Made by a program: the position numbers and the translations under genes
Source of the DNA: Escherichia phage UPEC03
Sequence record: MW250785
Reading direction: 5' to 3' (one strand)
Length of the DNA: 64,000 nt
Part shown: positions 58,090-64,000 of the stretch, one piece after another
Position numbering within the stretch: position 1 is the stretch's first letter
Layout of the letters: the number at the start of each line of letters is the position of its first letter
Notes under the pieces: model-generated
Databases searched by the model: none
What the model saw: the letters and a program-made list of their open reading frames with translations, nothing else
What the model was told of the DNA's origin: nothing

Positions 58090-58758
58090 TTACACTCTTA
58101 AAAGATTGAATACATTAAGCACGTTGCGTTTCAAATCGTCTAACGTACCATTATTTAGGATTGTATAATCACTCAAGCCAGGTGTCAAACCTTTCTCCGT
58201 TGAATGATTATCTTCAATACCAGTTTCACGTTCAAGGAACACAAAGCGAGTCCCGAACTTGCTCAGGTATTTATATTCGTGCGGTTGACGCACATCGGTA
58301 ATGATAAAGTGATCCGCGTAGGATTTCAACATTTTTTGAAGCGCAATTGAAGTCCAGATAGACGGATCTACTTTACAAACAATATCAGTCCCGAACACCT
58401 GCATCAAACGGCGAATCGTCCAGGGCTGGGTGTTTTCTTCGCAAATTTTATGAGCGATAACATCTGCGTTACTCATGAAGAACCCGCGAGAACTTAATTT
58501 TTTGATACCGCTAGAAAACAGCGTGTATGCATCGTTATTGGACATCACCAGCGGGGCTTCACGATCACCCTCATAGAATGGGTTCTTCGCTGCCAGCGCT
58601 CGCAATTGCGTGTTATCGTGATGTTCCATAGAACGTTTCAGGATAGCTTTGATTTCGTCGGCTAACGCGATAACTTCAACATTGCGGAAGTTATGCACAA
58701 CCATTTGAGCAACGGTATCTTTACCCGTTCGCTTTTTACCACAAATACCATAAATCAT
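58090..58758 (-). CDS. 1: Deoxynucleoside monophosphate kinase (gp1)
   Basis: 222 aa. GKKRTGKDT P-loop variant, WTIRRLMQVFGTD, ITDVRQPHE and a C-terminal NNGTLDDL block, as in T4 gp1. Confidence 0.85.
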   Translation of the reverse strand: MIYGICGKKRTGKDTVAQMVVHNFRNVEVIALADEIKAILKRSMEHHDNTQLRALAAKNPFYEGDREAPLVMSNNDAYTLFSSGIKKLSSRGFFMSNADVIAHKICEENTQPWTIRRLMQVFGTDIVCKVDPSIWTSIALQKMLKSYADHFIITDVRQPHEYKYLSKFGTRFVFLERETGIEDNHSTEKGLTPGLSDYTILNNGTLDDLKRNVLNVFNLLRV

Positions 58759-59294
58759 TTTTGCGTTTTCCGTGGAGTAGGCACGATCACCCGTCCGTCG
58801 ATCTCAATTTCCATGTGAGCGAAGTTGAACATCGTCATACAGGATACGGCTTCATCCGAATCATTGGTATACATAAGCTCAAGCTCTCCGAGGTTGGAGG
58901 GCCAAGCGCCATAGAAGCGAAATGTCGCTACAGTTTTTGACTGCGAGTTATCCAGGATATGCAAAGCCATTGCCTGTTGTGGTTCACTCCAACGCACGGA
59001 ATCGAAGGTGTTAAAATCGACAGTACCGAGCATCCAAAGGTAAACCCCAAGATACGATCGCAGTTCTTCATCAACAGCAAAACGAATAGTCAGTGGATCG
59101 AACTCCATTGCAGATCCTGGGATCTTCCCTCGAATCATTGGGTTCAGTGGGACATCCGTAATTGGAATGTTGATAGAAGGTAGTGTAACACCCTGAACTT
59201 GTAGTTTCAACCCTTTTACATAATCATTGTCAGGAATATCTAACATGAAGTTAGTAGGTGAAATCTGGTTCAGGATCATAGCAGTTGTATTCAT
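58755..59294 (-). CDS. 3: Tail completion / tube terminator protein gp3
   Basis: 179 aa from ATG 59294 (SD GGAG). gp19-family pattern (MEFDPLTIRF...WPSNLGELEL). ATGA-coupled to gene 1. Confidence 0.65.
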   Translation of the reverse strand: MNTTAMILNQISPTNFMLDIPDNDYVKGLKLQVQGVTLPSINIPITDVPLNPMIRGKIPGSAMEFDPLTIRFAVDEELRSYLGVYLWMLGTVDFNTFDSVRWSEPQQAMALHILDNSQSKTVATFRFYGAWPSNLGELELMYTNDSDEAVSCMTMFNFAHMEIEIDGRVIVPTPRKTQK

Positions 59295-59313
59295 GATGAT
59301 CTCCATTTTATAG

Positions 59314-59321
59314 ATATTTAG
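59314..59321 (-). promoter_or_regulatory. Late-promoter motif CTAAATAT upstream of gene 3
   Basis: Same 8-mer as at 62432-62425. Lies 20 nt upstream of ATG 59294. A canonical TATAAATA also lies at 59395-59388 on the - strand. Confidence 0.5.
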
Positions 59322-59332
59322 ATCAAGACCGT

Positions 59333-59489
59333 GAGCGAAGCGAACACACGAACGAAGTGAGTGTTATGTACGATGTACTGTTTATAATATTTATATTTTA
59401 TATATAGAGAAAACAGTACATTTCCGTATACTTTTTATACAATCGTTAACTATCCGTCTTCGCTTCGCTTGACGGAACTCGCTTCGCTC
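59333..59489. repeat. Inverted repeat GAGCGAAGCGA / TCGCTTCGCTC flanking an AT-rich core
   Basis: Arms at 59333-59343 and 59479-59489, each next to a GATC. Further CGAAGCGAA-type sub-repeats lie in both arms. Confidence 0.7.
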
Positions 59490-59517
59490 GCGATCTAATT
59501 TTTAGTTGATCTATTCA

Positions 59518-59540
59518 ATAAATAGGTATATCATACCTAT
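59518..59540 (+). promoter_or_regulatory. Late-promoter-like ATAAATAG followed by an 8-bp palindrome
   Basis: ATAAATAG (59518-59525). ATAGGTAT-ATC-ATACCTAT (59522-59540). About 38 nt upstream of ATG 59563. Confidence 0.45.
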
Positions 59541-59562
59541 ACTTTCAAAAGAGATTGAAAAC

Positions 59563-60348
59563 ATGAAATCATTCAAAGAACTACTTTCTGAATCTGTTCA
59601 GAACAAAAAATTTGCTAAGACCGTTGATCTGGTTGACCGTGGTAACGCTGCAAAAGGTCAGATCGGTTTCCTGCATTTTGCACATGGTGCTGATTACGAT
59701 GTGTATGCGCCGGACTCCCACGATCTCGCTTACTTCGGTAAAGGTGTTGTCCGCCTGAAAGGTAAAACCACTGGTAAGACTCAGGCAGCGTATATTGACT
59801 GGGCGAAAGGCACTGTTTCATTCTACAGCGGTGATCCTGCTGACGATCTGAAATTTGACAAGCCACTGAAATTCAAAGGCGCTTCCCTGTACAAAGAAGC
59901 CGAAGAAAACCTGGATCTGTACAATCAGTTGGCGGAAGATTTCGAGATTGATCTGCCTCTGGATGAAGCATTGGTGAAAGGAAAGGTGTACAAGCTCCCA
60001 AGTAACGATATGTGCTTGCTGTATACCGGACGTACCAAAACCAAAGAAACAGGTGAATACGCCGTGTTTACGGTTGTAGATGCCTCTGGTAAGCCTCGTC
60101 TGGTATCGGGTAAACGCTTTACCCAGGAATACAAAGGTGATGTTCTGTCTAAACTGGTTCTAGCTGAATCAGAAGATTTGAACGAAGCCGCTAAAGATAT
60201 TCGCGAAAAAGTTATTGCGGTGTTGGTGAAACGTGGGTTTAACGAAAAAGACGCAGAAAAGATGGTTGATAAAAACCTGAAAGATGCGATGAAGGTTCGA
60301 CCTGGCGCAACCCCTGGCAAACTCGCGGAAATCGTGAGTATCCTGTAA
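59563..60348 (+). CDS. Internal head protein-like protein with capsid-targeting-sequence-like N-terminus
   Basis: 261 aa from ATG 59563. MKSFKELLSE|S mirrors the T4 IP capsid targeting sequence MKTYQEFIAE| (prohead-protease L/I-x-E site). Lys-rich body. Confidence 0.6.
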   Translation: MKSFKELLSESVQNKKFAKTVDLVDRGNAAKGQIGFLHFAHGADYDVYAPDSHDLAYFGKGVVRLKGKTTGKTQAAYIDWAKGTVSFYSGDPADDLKFDKPLKFKGASLYKEAEENLDLYNQLAEDFEIDLPLDEALVKGKVYKLPSNDMCLLYTGRTKTKETGEYAVFTVVDASGKPRLVSGKRFTQEYKGDVLSKLVLAESEDLNEAAKDIREKVIAVLVKRGFNEKDAEKMVDKNLKDAMKVRPGATPGKLAEIVSIL

Positions 60349-60352
60349 AAAT

Positions 60353-60383
60353 AAAGCCCCTTCCTTTCGGTTGGGGCTTTTTT
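60353..60383 (+). terminator. Rho-independent terminator
   Basis: AAAGCCCC...GGGGCTTT followed by TTTT, between convergent genes. Confidence 0.75.
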
Positions 60384-60384
60384 G

Positions 60385-61239
60385 TTAATATCTGTTCCAA
60401 ACTTTCTTCGCGCTGTATGGTTTTCCTTTGGACTGGAAAGCCTGTGTAGGCAACCAAACTGCTTTCGCCCAATCTTTTGGGGCGATCTCTGCAAGTGGTG
60501 AACGTAGATGGGCTGGCAGATAGGCTTTGATCATTTGATCAGCCCCGCGCATTCCCTTCACGTTGTTCCAGTTGATTTTCAGTCTGGTTTTGTTAGAAAG
60601 TCGATCTGTTGATCCGTAGCCACGTTTCAGGAGTTCTTCTAAAAACTCTTGACGTGCTCGCGGTGGCGCATAGTGCAAGTTCAGCCCGTAAAGAACCAAG
60701 TTACCCGCTTTCGAACGTCCTGAACCCAGGAAAATGATCAGCGGGAACCGATCCCAGTATGGCAGGGTGTCTTTGTATTTCGCATCGTAGATGAACGTAT
60801 ACAAACGACCCGTTGCTGGTTTCGCAACCCTGTGCGTCTTAATGCTGGTTTTGATGAAATCACCAAACCAATCGGTCGAATCTTTCTGACGTTTCGCAGC
60901 GGTTACACCAACAGTCATTTTCTTCAAACTGTTGCGGAAATCGTTTACGATATCAACCGCGTGTTTTTTGCGATAATCATTACGTTTGCGTCGGGCTTCG
61001 GTTTCTGCTTTACGGCGTTCGATTTCATCATCAATCTGCTGCTTATAGCGGTGCATAGACTTTGTGAACGTTGCGTATGCAATCCCGTTTTCGTCCGCGA
61101 ACTTTTTGGCTGTCATGCCTTTTAATTTTGCGCGTCGGAATTTGATACCAAGTTCAACCCATTCACCCAGCTTTCGCTTCGGTGGTGGTTTTGGCTTGTC
61201 TTCTTCTGCGATGATCTCGAACTCAAAAATAAAACTCAT
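60385..61239 (-). CDS. 2: DNA end-protector protein gp2
   Basis: 284 aa. YDAKYKDTLPYWDRFPLIIFLG and LNLHYAPPRAR are typical of gp2 as recalled. Confidence 0.8.
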   Translation of the reverse strand: MSFIFEFEIIAEEDKPKPPPKRKLGEWVELGIKFRRAKLKGMTAKKFADENGIAYATFTKSMHRYKQQIDDEIERRKAETEARRKRNDYRKKHAVDIVNDFRNSLKKMTVGVTAAKRQKDSTDWFGDFIKTSIKTHRVAKPATGRLYTFIYDAKYKDTLPYWDRFPLIIFLGSGRSKAGNLVLYGLNLHYAPPRARQEFLEELLKRGYGSTDRLSNKTRLKINWNNVKGMRGADQMIKAYLPAHLRSPLAEIAPKDWAKAVWLPTQAFQSKGKPYSAKKVWNRY

Positions 61240-61260
61240 AATTCCCTCCGTTTAGGGTAT

Positions 61261-61728
61261 TTATTGCCCTTTCCATCCGAACACACGTTTCAATGTGTCC
61301 TCTGTGATGATCTTGAACTCCCAGCCCTTTTGTTTTGCTGCTGCATTCGCGGCTTTCCATTTGTCAATGTTTACTGCATACGTATACAGTGCATCAACGA
61401 ATTTCTTTTTGTTGTGAACGTTGTTGTTCGCTGGCTTAGGTGGGGGCAACGTTTCTTTCATCGGTTTGACTTCCCAAAGGTAGGTCACTCCATTATCCAT
61501 TTCGACATAGAAATCCATGAAGTAACGCCGTCGCTTTCCGTCTGCGTTGCTGAAATAAGGGATCACAACGCATTCTGAATTCCACCTCTTTACGTGGGGA
61601 TTTCGGTCTAACCAATTCATTATATATTTTTCCCATGAAGAACGATATGTTATTTTTCTGGGATCTCCTTTATACTTTTCTATCTGTTGTGGCATAAAGG
61701 AACCTTTGTATGTCTGTCTTCCAGTCAT
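61261..61728 (-). CDS. 4: Head completion protein gp4
   Basis: 155 aa. KYKGDPRKITYRSSWE..VIPY..YFMDFYVE..WEVKP resembles T4 gp4 as recalled. Confidence 0.8.
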   Translation of the reverse strand: MTGRQTYKGSFMPQQIEKYKGDPRKITYRSSWEKYIMNWLDRNPHVKRWNSECVVIPYFSNADGKRRRYFMDFYVEMDNGVTYLWEVKPMKETLPPPKPANNNVHNKKKFVDALYTYAVNIDKWKAANAAAKQKGWEFKIITEDTLKRVFGWKGQ

Positions 61729-62396
61729 TATTTCACCTTACAATTATCAAAATGCCACCTATACATTGCTCTGGGGTTTCCTTCTTTTCCGCAATGTGGA
61801 CATATTACAGGTTTCGTGTTTTTAGCTGAGTCGCGCATCTTTTGTTTTGCTTCTTCGCTAATAATTCTTCCTGTTAACGAAGCGCTAAGGTTATCTCTAT
61901 GCTCTTTAGAACGGTTTGACGCAACTCTACTCATTTTTTGTTTGAATTCATCACTTCTCTTTATTCCGGTCATCCCTTCGGAAATACTTTTCTTGTGTGC
62001 TTCTGATAGCGGTTTCCCTTTTATTGATTCTCGTCTTTTTCGTTTCCAATCATCGCTACGTGGTGGGTGTTTAGTCCCTATAGAATTGATTCGATTTTGT
62101 TCGGCTACTTTCTCTCTGATCCATCCGTAAGTTCGAGAAGTCATTCTTCCAGAATGAAATCTTGATGCCATTGACATCATCTTACACGCGTATATAAGTT
62201 TTCCGTTTGTTGGGTACATTTTGACGAGTAGTTGATGGGCGAGATAGTGTTCTTCGGCAGTGAGACAAACGATATTTTCGGGTTCGTCCATTCCTCCCAT
62301 ACACCGAGGGATGATGTGATGGTTTTCTGAATACCCGCTTATAGTTCTTGATTGTGCTCTTTTGATAAGAAGTTCATAGTGTTTGCGGTAATTCAT
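61728..62396 (-). CDS. Free-standing HNH homing endonuclease (Mob-like)
   Basis: 222 aa. HHIIPRCMGGMDEPENIVCLTAEEHYLAHQ plus basic repeats (SEAHKKSISEG.., SKEHRDNLSAS.., EEAKQKMRDS..). Paralog of 33162-33920. Confidence 0.8.
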   Translation of the reverse strand: MNYRKHYELLIKRAQSRTISGYSENHHIIPRCMGGMDEPENIVCLTAEEHYLAHQLLVKMYPTNGKLIYACKMMSMASRFHSGRMTSRTYGWIREKVAEQNRINSIGTKHPPRSDDWKRKRRESIKGKPLSEAHKKSISEGMTGIKRSDEFKQKMSRVASNRSKEHRDNLSASLTGRIISEEAKQKMRDSAKNTKPVICPHCGKEGNPRAMYRWHFDNCKVK

Positions 62397-62405
62397 GCGT
62401 ATTCC

Positions 62406-62432
62406 CTAAATAGTAGTAATATTCATATTTAG
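62406..62432. promoter_or_regulatory. Divergent late-promoter motifs (CTAAATAG + strand, CTAAATAT - strand)
   Basis: CTAAATAG at 62406-62413, 31 nt before GTG 62444. CTAAATAT on the - strand at 62432-62425, upstream of ATG 62396. Confidence 0.55.
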
Positions 62433-62443
62433 GAGAAGCCATC

Positions 62444-62998
62444 GTGTTGTTCTCATTCTTTCCACCAGTTGATTACAAAGGCACACCAACTACTGATATC
62501 TACCGCGATTATCGTTTTTACTTTAACCGCGTGATCAGGAATTATAAGCCGCGTACATATCAACTGACAGGTTCATTAAGACCCGAACAATTAGCGGAAA
62601 CGCTATACGGAAACCAGCAATACTACTGGGTTATCCTGATGCTTAACGATAATTACGATCCGTTTTACGGATGGATTACCGATCAGGAAACGGCTTATCA
62701 ATGCGCTATCCAGCGTTATTCAAAAGCAGGTGGTGAACAGGTTCTTTATCATATGGATGGTAAGGGCAACCGTTATTACAATTTGGTTGAAGACCCTACG
62801 AATCCCGGTCATTGGTATGACAAAGGCGATAAGAACATGCGTTATTTGCAGTACCAGGGAACATTAGTCCCTGTAGATATTTATGAAGATGCGGTGCTTC
62901 AAAATGAAGCAAAACGAACCATCAAGATTATTAACCCCTCTGATATTCAATCATTTGTAAGTGATTATATCAAGGAAATGGAAAAGGCAAACCTATGA
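62444..62998 (+). CDS. 53: Baseplate wedge subunit gp53
   Basis: 184 aa. GTG start with SD AGGAG. MLFSFFPP.., YGNQQYYWVILMLNDNYDPFYGWIT matches T4 gp53 as recalled. Confidence 0.88.
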   Translation: MLFSFFPPVDYKGTPTTDIYRDYRFYFNRVIRNYKPRTYQLTGSLRPEQLAETLYGNQQYYWVILMLNDNYDPFYGWITDQETAYQCAIQRYSKAGGEQVLYHMDGKGNRYYNLVEDPTNPGHWYDKGDKNMRYLQYQGTLVPVDIYEDAVLQNEAKRTIKIINPSDIQSFVSDYIKEMEKANL

Positions 62999-64000
62999 AA
63001 TACGGTGGAAATAAATACTCCCCTTTCTTTGAGGGGGTGGTCGAAGAAGTCGATGATCCTCGTCTATTGGGGCGTGTTCAGGTGCGTGTATTCGGTGAGC
63101 ATCCGGCACAGAAACAAAAATCTGAAACTATCGGTATTCCGGTTGAGGAATTGCCGTGGATGATGCCTATTCAGGATATTCGCAGCGCCGCTATTTCTGG
63201 TGTTGGTTTTTCCCCGACTGGTATCACGCGCGGTAGTTTCGTTATCGGTTACTGGCGCGATAAATGGCACCAGGACGGCGTTATACTGGGAACCTTTGCG
63301 GGTGAGTACCGAGAGAAGCCGGACACCCAGAAAGGCTTCTGTGACCCGTTTGGTGAGTATCCTCGTTATGTAGGTAACGATGTCAACGTACTGGCTCGCG
63401 GTGGCGCAGAGGGGCGCGGTTCTTCAAGCGTGATTATTCGTGATGCTAACAGTTCGTTAGCTGTCAATCCAGATGATCGCCCACTTGACGAGATCCCAGA
63501 AGATAACCGACCTGATACTGGTGGGTTTACGATAGAAAAAATGATCCGTGGTGATGAAGGTATTAGATTGACGTGGTATTATGATGTTAAAGGTTATACC
63601 ATCGGGATCGGGCACTTTTTCTTAACCGCACCACAAGGAACAGACCCAGCAGTTGTTAACGCTGCGTTATCTAAACAAATTGGCAGAACGGTTACTGGTG
63701 TTCCTGGATCAATCACTGCTGATGAAGCGAGTGTTTTATTTCAGCAGGATTTAGCTAAAGTTCATAACGATATTCAGAATAATAGCAAAGTTCGCGAAGT
63801 GTATGTGACGTTAAACCGTCCTCGTCAAATGGCTATTGAAAATATGTGCTTCCAGATGGGTGTTGGTGGTGTCGCCAAATTTACGAATGCTCTGGCTGCT
63901 ATGAAGCGTCAGGACTGGCAAACCGCTTACAACGAACTGCGAAACTCTACATGGGCTAACCAGACGCCAGGACGTTCTTCACGCGTATCTAAAATCGTTC
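62995..64000 (+). CDS. 5: Baseplate hub + tail lysozyme gp5 (3' end beyond window)
   Basis: ATGA-coupled to 53 and open to the window end. GRVQVRVFGEHP (OB-fold), NPDDRPLDEIPED and the lysozyme block DEGIRL..GYTIGIGH..RQMAIENMCFQMGVGGVAKF match T4 gp5. Confidence 0.92.
   Translation, partial: MKYGGNKYSPFFEGVVEEVDDPRLLGRVQVRVFGEHPAQKQKSETIGIPVEELPWMMPIQDIRSAAISGVGFSPTGITRGSFVIGYWRDKWHQDGVILGTFAGEYREKPDTQKGFCDPFGEYPRYVGNDVNVLARGGAEGRGSSSVIIRDANSSLAVNPDDRPLDEIPEDNRPDTGGFTIEKMIRGDEGIRLTWYYDVKGYTIGIGHFFLTAPQGTDPAVVNAALSKQIGRTVTGVPGSITADEASVLFQQDLAKVHNDIQNNSKVREVYVTLNRPRQMAIENMCFQMGVGGVAKFTNALAAMKRQDWQTAYNELRNSTWANQTPGRSSRVSKIV

Overview
This window reads as a segment of a T4-type enterobacterial myophage genome. 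By gene content it is closest to the 'pseudo-T-even' RB43/RB49 style; that placement is my inference from memory, not a database hit. Layout: (1) 1-16 kb, + strand: early nucleotide-metabolism and RNA-repair genes in T4 order (nrdA, nrdB, denA-like, rnlA/63, spanin pair, pseT, cd, 31, rIII-like). These are followed by two tRNAs, a GrcA-like glycyl-radical cofactor, a NADAR-like protein, an AP2-HNH homing endonuclease and DNA ligase (30). (2) 16-23 kb: late baseplate-hub module (27 on the - strand; 28, 29, 48, 54, two hub-assembly proteins and 25 on the + strand). (3) 23-57 kb, - strand: a hyperplastic early region of about 90 mostly small ORFs. It is punctuated by a repeated terminator/early-promoter stem-loop cassette (PeSL-like). 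Recognisable enzymes here include a vWA protein, a C5-cytosine methyltransferase, an RlaP-type nucleotidyltransferase, an NMNAT-Nudix fusion (NatV-like), an SPFH protein, a Dps-like protein, Tk, a macro domain protein, an SLT transglycosylase, PIN-PhoH, an M15 endolysin, an atypical radical SAM enzyme, a stand-alone DUF262 protein and a Nudix hydrolase. (4) 57-64 kb: 57B(Acb1-like)-57A-1-3, an internal-head-protein-like gene, 2-4, another HNH endonuclease, then 53 and the start of 5. The strongest candidate for an undescribed system is a translationally coupled cassette at about 24.3-29.8 kb. It is centred on a 748-aa vWA protein with a complete MIDAS motif. It is bracketed by two otherwise divergent paralogs that share an invariant N-terminal peptide, MKIRSGFVSNSSSSSFI. 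All functional calls rest on motifs read from the translations and on recalled T4 synteny; no searches were run.
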